From Nitrospirales bacterium (lineage in GTDB: Bacteria; Nitrospirota; Nitrospiria; Nitrospirales; UBA8639), in contig OY729426.1 in NCBI GenBank assembly GCA_963422365.1, forward strand, positions 1 through 64,000: DNA of 64,000 nucleotides, read 5' to 3'. Every line of letters begins with the position of its first letter. Positions within the stretch are counted from its first letter, which is position 1. The notes below the pieces were generated by a model. The model was not told the DNA's origin and made no database searches. It was given only the letters and a program-made list of their open reading frames with translations. Position numbers and translations under genes: made by a program. This document shows positions 22,201-30,919 of the stretch, piece after piece.

Positions 22201-24250
22201 TTCGAATGTCTGCGGCCAGCGTGATTGTGCCGCTGGACCTCACAACAAGTGATGCACTGCCGCCAATGCTCAGCGATTCGCCTACTGTGATAGCGGACGC
22301 CACAATCGAACTGCCGGCCTGGCCGGTACCGGTCGGGCCTGTGGTCGCTGTGCCGATGATGATGGACCCGGAAGTGACAAACCTCCCTATTTCCGCATTG
22401 CTGAGATTGCCAGCCCCAGCAGAAATTGTCATCAGGACGGATTGGGACGGCGCCACATGTATGTCTCCCGTTCCGGCGTCTATGCTACTGGCGAGGTCAA
22501 TCGCGAACCCGGCGCCAATCAGCGTGACGTCGCCGTTGTTGGAGGTAATGGAACCACTGCTGCCAATCGTCAGTGTTCCGATGCCGTCGTTATTACCTGA
22601 CCTCGGCGAGTCCGCTTCAAATATAAAATTGTGTGCGCCGTTGGTGCCGGTAATGGCAGCATTGATTGTCAGATGACGCCCTGCCTGCAGGCTCAGGGTG
22701 CTGCTTGAACTACCGCTCCTGTCGATAGGAGAACTGACTGTCATGTCCCGCTGCGCTTGAAGGGTGACATCTCCATCGATGGCTTCGAATGCCACAGGCT
22801 GAATGTTATAATCGTTGCTATCGGAGCCGAAACTGATCTCGCCGTCGGCGGACACCTCATTGTTATTGGTTCCATCCCCATCGGAAATGGTGATATCCCT
22901 CGGGTCCAGGAGCAACTCGCCGGCTGAGCCGCCTGGCGCACGCAGATCGACCGCGGCTGCGGCAAATTGCAGATGACGCTTGCCCGATACTTCCGCAAAA
23001 CCGCCATCGCCGGAATGGGTGCCACCGCGAGCGGAAATGCTCCCCAAAAAGCGAGTTACCCGTTCCGACCAAACGATGACTTTGCCCCCGTTGCCGGTGC
23101 CGGTGGCGTCGGCCCGGATTGTCACGTCGCCGCCAACCGTGGCGTATTCGGCGTTGCGCTCCGGTCCCTTGCCCTGGAAATTGCCGCCAATCAGGGTCGT
23201 GCCGCCGCCAGAATGCCCGGACGCATCGATCTTGGCCTGCTCAACGACGCCGACTTTCTCGCCCAGCACTTTCACGCTGCCACCGGTCTCACCTCGCCCC
23301 TTGCCGGAAGCGTCCAGCTTGCCGGCGACCCGGACGATGCCCTCGCCATTGCCCAGCAGTTGAATGTGGCCGTTGCGCATTCCCACTGAGCGCGCTTCGA
23401 CGATGCCGTCCATGTTGATGACGCGGTCAACCACGTCCTTCGCCGCACTGGCTGCCAGCCACACGGCTCCGCCGTCGGCATTGATCGTGCCGCTGTTGTC
23501 AACCAGCGCTGCCAGAGGGGCTCCATCGGGGGCCGTCAGGCGCTCGGCCACGCGGTCATCAACCCTGAGCCGGATCAAGCTGTCGCCGTGGAGATCAAAC
23601 GTGAAGGCATTGCCCGAAGCCAGCGCAACACGACCGAGCCGGGCGCGAATCACCCCGCTGTTCTCGACGCCGGGTGCCACCAGCGCTACCAAGCCGCCTT
23701 CGGCTGCGGTGATCCTGCCGCGGTTGACGACCGTCCCGCCAGGATTATGGTTGATAGCAAAGTTGAAACGACCGGCCATGAAGTCTTCATTGCGGATATC
23801 GATCGTTGTCGCGACCAGGCCGGCGACGTCCACCACGGCGGTTTTGCCGAACAGGATGCCATTCGGGTTGAGCAGCATGACCCGGCCGTTGGCGGTCAGC
23901 TTCCCGAGAAGATTGGAGTACGAATCGCCCCTGACCCGGTTCAGCGTCATCGAAGAAGCGGACGGCTGCCGAAAGTGGGTATGCTCGTCCACGTCAATCG
24001 AGAACGAACGCCAATCGATGACGGCGTTGGCGGAGCGCTGGTTGATATCAAGACGATTGGGCGTGGACTGTACGATGTCAGCCCCGCCGGCAATCACCTT
24101 GCCGTCCTTCGGCATTGCCTGCACCAGCCCGCCGGCCGTCAGCACCCCGCAAGACAGGGCCAACAGCAGTACGAGAAATGTCAATCGCCGACCAGAGATT
24201 CCATGATGGGCCTCGCTGATTCGCTCCGCAACATTAGGGAAAGCCGTCAT
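10271..24250 (-). CDS. Giant two-partner secretion exoprotein TpsA (filamentous haemagglutinin/HMW1-like), 4659 aa
   Basis: Signal peptide, then a TPS domain (AVIDWRSFSI, FRQP, LNRV, NGRVMLLNPNGILFG), GGFAEVSG and LLLDPRDITI motifs, then 35 ~101-aa repeats. It has an AGAGGGAG RBS and lies directly downstream of tpsB. Confidence 0.93.
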   Translation of the reverse strand: MTAFPNVAERISEAHHGISGRRLTFLVLLLALSCGVLTAGGLVQAMPKDGKVIAGGADIVQSTPNRLDINQRSANAVIDWRSFSIDVDEHTHFRQPSASSMTLNRVRGDSYSNLLGKLTANGRVMLLNPNGILFGKTAVVDVAGLVATTIDIRNEDFMAGRFNFAINHNPGGTVVNRGRITAAEGGLVALVAPGVENSGVIRARLGRVALASGNAFTFDLHGDSLIRLRVDDRVAERLTAPDGAPLAALVDNSGTINADGGAVWLAASAAKDVVDRVINMDGIVEARSVGMRNGHIQLLGNGEGIVRVAGKLDASGKGRGETGGSVKVLGEKVGVVEQAKIDASGHSGGGTTLIGGNFQGKGPERNAEYATVGGDVTIRADATGTGNGGKVIVWSERVTRFLGSISARGGTHSGDGGFAEVSGKRHLQFAAAAVDLRAPGGSAGELLLDPRDITISDGDGTNNNEVSADGEISFGSDSNDYNIQPVAFEAIDGDVTLQAQRDMTVSSPIDRSGSSSSTLSLQAGRHLTINAAITGTNGAHNFIFEADSPRSGNNDGIGTLTIGSSGSITSNNGDVTLIGAGFAIDLASSIDAGTGDIHVAPSQSVLMTISAGAGNLSNAEIGRFVTSGSIIIGTATTGPTGTGQAGSSIVASAITVGESLSIGGSASLVVRSSGTITLAADIRTNDGNITFTGPVTLTGDVTVNSDANADGTAGAIRFTSTIDGGQALSLDADTGAIQLVGAVGGTTAVASLTVTGGAVSLRAVTATGNIDVTGGTIIRLVGEYQSNDGDVTFTGPVTLAGAVRVDSDANADGTAGAIRFTLTINSKKTSSGQDLDLDAGSGAITLGGAVGGRTPVTSFTVTTSGAVSLAAVTATGNIHVTGGTIRLAGAYRSDDGHVTFTGPVTLGWAVTVNSDADDDSTDGDIQFTSTIDGGQALEVDSGSGTTTLGGAVGGTTPVASLTVSGVEVLMAGVRATGKIDVKGGTGRLAGAYRSDDGNITFAVGTVALTGDVTVDSDADNDGTDGAIRFASTINGGYALTLDADTGVIRLAAAVGGRTPVASLTVTAGSVSLAAVRATGAVAVTTGGTIRLAGAYRSDDGNITFTGSVVLTGAVTVNSDADNDGRDGNIAFSLNINGWYALTLDADTGAIRLVRAVGGGTMVKSLTVVTSGTVSLAAVKATGAVAVTGGTIRLDGQYQSNDGNITFTGPVTLAGAVRVDSDADDDSTDGAIAFTSTIDGGYALSLDADTGVIRLAGAVGGRTPVASLKVRSGAVVVLPAVTATGAVAVTARGITLAGAYRSNDGNITFTGPVTLAGDVTVNSDQNNSGTDGAIRFTSTINGGQALSLDADTGAIRLVGAVGGTTAVASLTVTGGAVELAAVTATGAVAVTGTTRITLAADIATSDGNITFTGPVTLANFVWVDSNADNDDTAGAIEFTSTIDGGQVLGLDAETGAITLAGTVGGTTRVTSLKVRGGAVSLAAVTATGDIEVTARGLTLAGNVLSNDGHITFTGPVTLAGAVTVNSDADDDGTDGAIRFTSTIDGGYALSLDADTGAITLAGTVGGATAVTSLTVTGGAVSLATVLATGNMAVTGTGLTLAGNVFSSDGNITFTGPVTLARGVRVNSDADGAGTDGAIAFTSTIDGGYALSLDADTGAITLAGAVGGTTAVASLTVTGGAVSLAAVTATGDIDVTGTGIRLAGAYRSDDGHVTFTGPVTLTGAVTVDSDANDDSTDGAIEFTSTINGGQALSLDADTGAITLVGAVGGTTAVASLTVAGGAVSLAAVTATGAVAVTGTGLTLAGEYRSDDGNMTFTGPVTLTGAVTVDSDADDDSTDGAIRFTSTIDGGQALVLDADTGTITLAGVGGSTPVASLTVTTSGAVALLAVTATGDIDVTARGITLAGNVLSSDGNITFTGPVTLTGAVTVNSDADDDGTDGVIRFTSTINGGQALTLDADTGAIRLVGAVGGSTAVASLTVTGGAVSLAAVTATGAVAVTGTGLRLAGAYRSDDGNMIFTGPVTLAGAVTVNSDADDDGTDGAIRFTSTIDGGQALSLDADTGAITLVGAVGGRTAVASLTVVTSGAVSLAAVTATGDVAVTGTGLRLAGAYRSDDGKVTFTGPVTLAGAVTVNSDADDDSTDGVRFTSTIDGGYALSLDADTDAITLVGAVGGTTPVASLTVTGGAVSLAAVTATGAVDVRGIAGITLAGAVEVTSLTVATRRAVSLAAVTATGAVAVTGTGITLAGNVLSNDGHVTFTGPVTLAGAVTVNSDANDDGTDGAIRFTSTIDGGYALSLDADTGAITLVGAVGGRTAVASLTVATRGAVALAGVRATGAVAVTGTGLTLAGAYRSDDGNMTFTGPVTLAGAVRVDSDANGDSTDGAIRFTSTIDGGQALVLDADTGTITLVGAVGGTTAVTSLTVVTAGAVALAGVRATGDIDVRGTGLTLAGVYRSDDGNMIFTGPVTLAGAVRVDSDANDDGTAGVIRFTSTIDGGYALTLDADTGAITLVGAVGGTTAVTSLTVAGGAVSLAAVTATGAVAVTGTGLTLAGAVEVTSLTVTGGAVSLAAVTATGNIAVTGTTSLTLAGVYRSDDGNVIFTGPVTLAGAVRVDSDANDDGTDGVIRFTSTIDGGYALTLDADTGAITLVGAVGGTTAVTSLTVAGGAVSLAAVRATGAVAVTGTGLTLAGVVEVTSLTVTGGAVSLAAVTATGNIAVTGTTRITLAGAYRSDDGNVTFTGPVTLAGAVTVNSDADDDGTDGVIRFTSTIDGGQALSLDADTGAITLVGAVGGATAVTSLTVTGGAVSLAAVTATGNIAVTATGLTLAGNVLSSDGHVIFTGPVTLAGAVTVNSDANDDSTDGDIRFTSTIDGGYALTLAAGSGTITLAGAVGGTTTVTSLTVTGGAVSLAAVTVTGAVAVTGTGLTLAGNVLSNDGNVIFTGPVTLAGAVTVNSDANDDGTDGVIRFTSTIDGGYALSLDADTGAIRLVGAVGGSTAVASLTVTTSGAVALAAVTATGAVAVTGMGLTLAGNVLSSDGHITFTGPVTLAGAVTVNSDADYDGTDGAIEFTSTIDGGYALSLDADTGAIRLAGVVGGSTAVASLTVMTSGAVALPAVTATGAVAVRGTGLTLAGNVLSSDGHITFTGPVTLAGAVTVNSDADGDGTAGAIEFTSTIDGGYALSLDADTGAITLAGAVGGTTPVASLTVRGGAVALAAVTATGDIDVTATGLTLAGNVLSNDGNVTFTGPVTLANFVWVNSDADADGTGGDIEFTSTIDGGQVLELDADTGAITLVGAVGGTTAVTSLTVTGGAVALVGVTATGAVAVTGTGLTLAGVYRSDDGNVTFTGPVTLAGAVTVDSDANADGTDGGIEFTSTIDGGYALTLDADTGAITLAGAVGGTTAVASLTVTTSGAVVALPAVTATGDIDVTGTGLTLAGAYRSDDGHVTFTGPVTLADFVWVNSDANTDGTDGDIEFTSTIDGGYALGLDADTGAITLAGAVGGTTPVASLTVRGGAVALAAVTATGDMAVTGTTGLTLAGVYRSDDGNVTFTGPVTLAGAVTVNSDANADGTAGAIRFTSTIDGGQALSLDADTGAIQLVGAVGGTTAVASLTVTGGAVALAAVTATGDMDVTGTGLTLAGAYRSDDGDVTFTGPVTLAGAVTVNSDANGDGTAGAIEFTSTIDGGQALSLDADTGAITLAGAVGGTTAVTSLTVTGGAVALAAVTATGDIDVTGTGLTLAGAYRSDDGNVTFTGPVTLAGAVTVNSDANADGTDGDIRFTSTIDGGYALSLDADTGTIHFEGDVGSTAKLGAMTITKAHDVTVGTSMRVTSFQQLAGTGTSDFGFSTLYSDTFVNVSTKDIKGRIIAKDVTLKSSNHIGVTVEVDSLTIEAKSVDIKGTVGGEAGTGNMVVTATTGITLAGEYSSDDGTITFTGPVTLAGDVTVNSDADGDGTAGDIEFTSTIDGGYALTLDADTGAITLAGAVGGTTAVASLTVAGGAVALAAVTATGDIDVTGTGLTLAGVYRSDDGNMIFTGPVTLAGDVTVNSDANGDGTDGAIEFTSTIDGGQALVLDADTGAITLAGAVGGTTPVASLTVAGGAVLLAAVTATGAVDVRGIAGLTLAGAVKVTSLTVRGGAVALAAVTATGDIDVTGTGLTLAGAYRSNDGDVTFTGPVTLAGAVTVNSDANGDGTDGAIRFTSTIDGGQALVLDADTGAITLVGAVGGTTAVASLTVAGGAVALAAVTATGDMDVTGTTGLTLAGVYRSDDGNVTFTGPVTLAGAVTVNSDANADSTAGAIRFTSTIDGGQALSLDADTGAITLVGAVGGTTAVTSLTVTGGAVALAAVTATGDMDVTGTTGLTLAGAYRSDDGHVTFTGPVTLAGAVTVNSDANADGTDGDIRFTSTIDGGYALSLDADTGTIHFEGDVGSTAKLGAMTITKAHDVTVGTSMRVTSFQQLAGTGTSDFGFSTLYSDTFVNVSTKDIKGRIIAKDVTLKSSNHIGVTVEVDSLTIEAKSVDIKGTVGGEAGQGAASKTIIRNKVPGMYKLNDFTSLGIGPEIRQYAELAALPLPNTTWRWGGAPGDVVFLPFSPILRASVMGAMDRSYPVNVFEMPFALLKPQTGMESIYDTLPGGMRDVWRHLGTDAMMNTHGGNDEDHYKR
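10671..12897. repeat. Two copies of a ~350-bp non-repeat module in tpsA1 (10671-~11028 and 12540-~12897)
   Basis: TIHFEGDVGSTAKLG...KSVDIKGTVGGEAG occurs twice, 1869 bp apart, and is identical by eye. Confidence 0.9.
11006..22230 (-). repeat. Coding tandem array of 35 ~303-bp repeats in tpsA1
   Basis: Manual count of the recurring xxSxDGxxxFTGPVTL...SDA[DN]xDGTxG...FTSTIDGG...LDADTG unit. Confidence 0.9.
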
Positions 24251-24270
24251 AGACCAATCTCCCTCTTCAG

Positions 24271-26028
<1,758 letters not shown>

Positions 26029-26086
26029 ACCCAGTTGTGTCTTATTGGAAGGCTTCCGCCCGTGTACACCATGTCCACCTTACAAT

Positions 26087-26120
26087 AGTTTAGGGGGGGG
26101 GGGTACTCAGGATATGTCAA
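26087..26120 (-). promoter_or_regulatory. Sigma70-type promoter of tpsB1 with C11 tract in the spacer
   Basis: Minus strand reads TTGACA (26120-26115), TATCCTGAGTA, C11, TAAACT (26092-26087). The spacer is 22 nt as written. Confidence 0.65.
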
Positions 26121-26170
26121 GTGTTCACTCATAATTCAAACCCGCGCGCTTGTACGTCTCCCCCCATATG

Positions 26171-26279
26171 GGACGGCCAAGATCGCCAACACGGCCTCAG
26201 ATCCACCAGGGAGAAGAGTCGAAGCAAGAAAGGCACTCAGAAACAAGACCCACAGGCCTGAACCGTCAATCGTCGTCAC
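26171..26279 (-). pseudogene. Truncated duplicate of the first ~36 codons of yqaA
   Basis: Matches 9226-9334 and breaks off at the duplication junction. Confidence 0.85.
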
Positions 26280-26498
26280 ACCCTGTCATCATAGGATTGT
26301 ACAAAAGCCTGTGGATGACAAGAGAGTCAGGGTGAGTAGCCCGTTCATTGCGCCCAAAAAAAGGCACTAGGACGAGGATCTCGCCATCGTCACAGAACTC
26401 GCTAAACGCTCCACCAGCCTGGGAGTGCGCCTTGGCTTCTTGAAGACTTTTTGAGAATCATTCGAGACATCCCATCGCGCGAGTAGTGTCAATACAAC

Positions 26499-27197
26499 CT
26501 AAAACAAGCCTTTTTCGATCCTGAAAATATCCGGATCCTTGGTATTTTCAATATAGGAGAGCCATAGTGAAACAACCCGGTCCTGCGATTCGTCATTCTC
26601 GTCTCCTTCTCCCTCTGCGGCAGGCACCTTTCTACTGATAAGTTGCAGCAGCACCATTCGTTCCCGTTCATCGGTTGCGCGAAAAACGACAAAAACGCTG
26701 TCGTCAAGGCGCGTGTTTATCAACGTCCTATCAGGAGCAAAGCCTAATGCACTGAAGTATTTTCGAATGACGTTGGCGGTCGTTACCAGCGCTTGTGGGT
26801 CCGGATCCTCGGTCACGGGCAATCCCCACAAAATATTAATCTGAATCAGTTTTTCTTGCTTGTAACCGTGAATATAAACGACTCGAGCCGGTCCGCTGCC
26901 AGGGAAGAGGCCCGTCACAGTCGCCACCAGACTGGAAGTCCTGTCTTCGTCATTCGGCTGCACCACGATATCTTCTTGTCCAAGCTGAAAATCGCGTTGT
27001 ATGGCATCCAGAGTTTTCGACTGCGACATCCCGAAGAGAGCCGAACGAAACCCCGTTATTTGGGGACCGACGGCTTCTTTGATAGTCGTATTCTCTAGCG
27101 CCGCAAAACTCTCCGCATCAACGCATAAAATAGGCACTCCAGCCAAGACAGCAAGGGCAGTGACAAGAAACGCAGAGGTCCTAACCGTATTCATCAT
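26499..27197 (-). CDS. Exported hypothetical protein, third gene of TPS cassette 2
   Basis: 232 aa, with 5 amino-acid differences from 9554-10252. Confidence 0.85.
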   Translation of the reverse strand: MMNTVRTSAFLVTALAVLAGVPILCVDAESFAALENTTIKEAVGPQITGFRSALFGMSQSKTLDAIQRDFQLGQEDIVVQPNDEDRTSSLVATVTGLFPGSGPARVVYIHGYKQEKLIQINILWGLPVTEDPDPQALVTTANVIRKYFSALGFAPDRTLINTRLDDSVFVVFRATDERERMVLLQLISRKVPAAEGEGDENDESQDRVVSLWLSYIENTKDPDIFRIEKGLF

Positions 27198-27615
27198 AAC
27201 CTGATTTCCCCCTAACTATCGCTTATAGTGGTCTTCATCATTCCCATCATGCGTATTCATCATGGCATCCGTTCCAAGGCGCCACCACACGTCTCGAATG
27301 CCACCGGGCAACGTATCGTAGATCGACTCCATTCCGGTTTGCGGTTTCAACAACGCAAATGGCATCTCAAAGACATTGACTGGATACGAACGATCCATTG
27401 CACCCATAACAGAAGCCCTCAATATCGTGGAGAACGGCAGAAAAACGACATCGCCTGGTGCCCCTCCCCAGCGCCATGTTGTATTCGGAAGCGGCAAAGC
27501 AGCCAGTTCTGCATATTGTCGCATCTCTGGTCCGATGCCGAGACTGGTGAAGTCATTCAATTTGTACATGCCTGGGACCTTGTTGCGGATTATAGTCTTA
27601 CTGGCAGCACCCTGT

Positions 27616-30600
27616 CCTGTTTCACCGCCAACCGTACCCTTGATATCTGCACTTTTTGCCTCAATCGTCAAGGAGTCAACTTCTACGGTCACGCCAATAT
27701 GATTACTACTCTTTAACGTAACATCTTTCGCAATGATCCTTCCCTTTATATCTTTCGTGCTGACGTTGACAAAGGTATCGGAATAAAGGGTGCTGAATCC
27801 GAAATCACTTGTTCCGGTCCCCGCAAGCTGTTGGAAAGAAGTCACTCTCATCGAAGTGCCTACTGTGACGTCATGGGCCTTGGTGATCGTCATCGCCCCC
27901 AGTTTGGCAGTGGAGCCGACATCTCCCTCGAAATGTATATTCCCGGTATCCGCATTCAGGCCAAGCGCATACCCGCCGTCGATGGTCGACGTGAACCGGA
28001 TGTCGCCGTCCGTGCCGTCAGCGTCGGCGTCACTGTTGACCGTCACGGCCCCGGCTAACGTCACCGGGCCAGTGAAGGTGACGTTGCCATCATCACTGCG
28101 GTACGCCCCCGCCAGCGTGAGGCCCGTGCCCGTCACCTCCACGTCGCCCGTCGCCGTCACCGCGGCCAGCGACACCGCGCCACCCGCCACCGTGAGGCTC
28201 GCCACCGGGGTGCCACCACCCACCGCCCCAGCCAGCGTGATCGCGCCGGTATTCGCGTCCAGGCCAAGCGCATACCCGCCGTCGATCGTCGACGTAAACT
28301 CAATGGCCCCGTCCATACCGTCGCCGTCGGCGTCACTGTTGACCGTCACGGCCCCGGCTAACGTCACCGGGCCGGTGAAGGTGACGTTGCCATCATCACT
28401 GCGGTACGCCCCCGCCAGCGTGAGGCCCGTGCCCGTCACATCAATGTTGCCCGTCGCCGTCACCGCGACCAGCGACACCGCGCCACCCGCCACCGTGAGG
28501 CTCGCCACCAGGGCGGTACTACCCACCGCCCCGGCCAGCGTGATCGCGCCGGTATCCGCGTCCAGGCCAAGCGCATACCCGCCGTCGATCGTCGACGTAA
28601 ACTCAATGGCCCCGTCCATACCGTCGCCGTCGGCGTCACTGTTGACCGTCACGGCCCCGGCTAACGTCACCGGGCCGGTGAAGGTGACGTTGCCATCATC
28701 ACTGCGGTACGCCCCTTCCAGCGTGAGGCCCGTGCCCGTCACATCAATATCGCCCGTCGCCGTCACCGCGACCAGCGACACCGCGCCACCCGCCACCGTG
28801 AGGCTCGTCACCGGGGTGGTGCCACCCACCGCCCCGGCCAGCGTGATCGCGCCGGTATTCGCGTCCAGGCCAAGCGCATACCCGCCGTCGATGGTCGACG
28901 TAAACTCAATGGCCCCGTCCATACCGTCGCCGTCGGCGTCACTGTTGACCGTCACGGCCCCGGCTAACGTCACCGGGCCGGTGAAGGTCACGTTGCCATC
29001 ATCACTGCGGTACGCCCCTTCCAGCGTGAGGCCCGTGCCCCTCACATCAATATCTCCCGTCGCCGTCACCGCGGCCAGCGCCACCGCGCCACCCGTCACC
29101 GTGAGGCTCGTCACCGCGGTAGTGCCACCCACCGCCCCAGCCAGTGTGATCGCGCCGGTATTTGCGTCCAGGCTTAGCGCATACCCCCCGTCGATCGTCG
29201 ACGTGAACCGGATGTCGCCGGCTGTGCCGTCGCCGTCGGCGTCACTGTTGACCGTCACGGCCCCGGCTAACGTCACCGGGCCGGTGAAGGTGACGTTGCC
29301 ATCATCACTGCGGTACGCCCCCGCCAGCGTGAGGCCCGTGCCCGTCACATCAATGTTGCCCGTCGCCGTCACCGCGACCAGCGACACCGCGCCACCCGCC
29401 ACCGTGAGGCTCGCCACCAGGGCGGTACTACCCACCGCCCCGGCCAGCGTGATCGCGCCGGTATCCGCGTCCAGGCCAAGCGCATACCCGCCGTCGATCG
29501 TCGACGTAAACTCAATGGCCCCGTCCATACCGTCGCCGTCGGCGTCACTGTTGACCGTCACGGCCCCGGCTAACGTCACCGGGCCGGTGAAGGTGACGTT
29601 GCCATCATCACTGCGGTACGCCCCTTCCAGCGTGAGGCCCGTGCCCGTCACATCAATATCGCCCGTCGCCGTCACCGCGACCAGCGACACCGCGCCACCC
29701 GCCACCGTGAGGCTCGCCACCAGGGCGGTACTACCCACCGCCCCGGCCAGCGTGATCGCGCCGGTATCCGCGTCCAGGCCAAGCGCATACCCGCCGTCGA
29801 TCGTCGACGTAAACTCAATGGCCCCGTCCATACCGTCGCCGTCGGCGTCACTGTTGACCGTCACGGCCCCGGCTAACGTCACCGGGCCGGTGAAGGTGAC
29901 GTTGCCATCATCACTGCGGTACGCCCCTTCCAGCGTGAGGCCCGTGCCCGTCACATCAATATCGCCCGTCGCCGTCACCGCGACCAGCGACACCGCGCCA
30001 CCCGCCACCGTGAGGCTCGTCACCGGGGTGGTGCCACCCACCGCCCCGGCCAGCGTGATCGCGCCGGTATTCGCGTCCAGGCCAAGCGCATACCCGCCGT
30101 CGATGGTCGACGTAAACTCAATGGCCCCGTCCATACCGTCGCCGTCGGCGTCACTGTTGACCGTCACGGCCCCGGCTAACGTCACCGGGCCGGTGAAGGT
30201 CACGTTGCCATCATCACTGCGGTACGCCCCTTCCAGCGTGAGGCCCGTGCCCCTCACATCAATATCTCCCGTCGCCGTCACCGCGGCCAGCGCCACCGCG
30301 CCACCCGTCACCGTGAGGCTCGTCACCGCGGTAGTGCCACCCACCGCCCCAGCCAGTGTGATCGCGCCGGTATTTGCGTCCAGGCTTAGCGCATACCCCC
30401 CGTCGATCGTCGACGTGAACCGGATGTCGCCGGCTGTGCCGTCGCCGTCGGCGTCACTGTTGACCGTCACGTCCCCGGCTAAGGTCACCGGGCCGGTGAA
30501 GGTAATGTTGCCGTCGTCACTGCGGTACACCCCCGCCAGCGTGATGCCCGTCGTAGTCGTCACCACCATGTTGCCCGTACCTGTTTCACCGCCAACCGTA

Positions 30601-30919
30601 CCCTTGATATCTGCACTTTTTGCCTCAATCGTCAAGGAGTCAACTTCTACGGTCACGCCAATATGATTACTACTCTTTAACGTAACATCTTTCGCAATGA
30701 TCCTTCCCTTTATATCTTTCGTGCTGACGTTGACAAAGGTATCGGAATAAAGGGTGCTGAATCCGAAATCACTTGTTCCGGTCCCCGCAAGCTGTTGGAA
30801 AGAAGTCACTCTCATCGAAGTGCCTACTGTGACGTCATGGGCCTTGGTGATCGTCATCGCCCCCAGTTTGGCAGTGGAGCCGACATCTCCCTCGAAATGT
30901 ATATTCCCGGTATCCGCAT
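27616..30919. repeat. Two copies of the non-repeat module in tpsA2 (27616-~27960 and 30580-~30924)
   Basis: NIHFEGDVGSTAKLG...KSADIKGTVGGETG occurs twice, 2964 bp apart. Confidence 0.9.
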
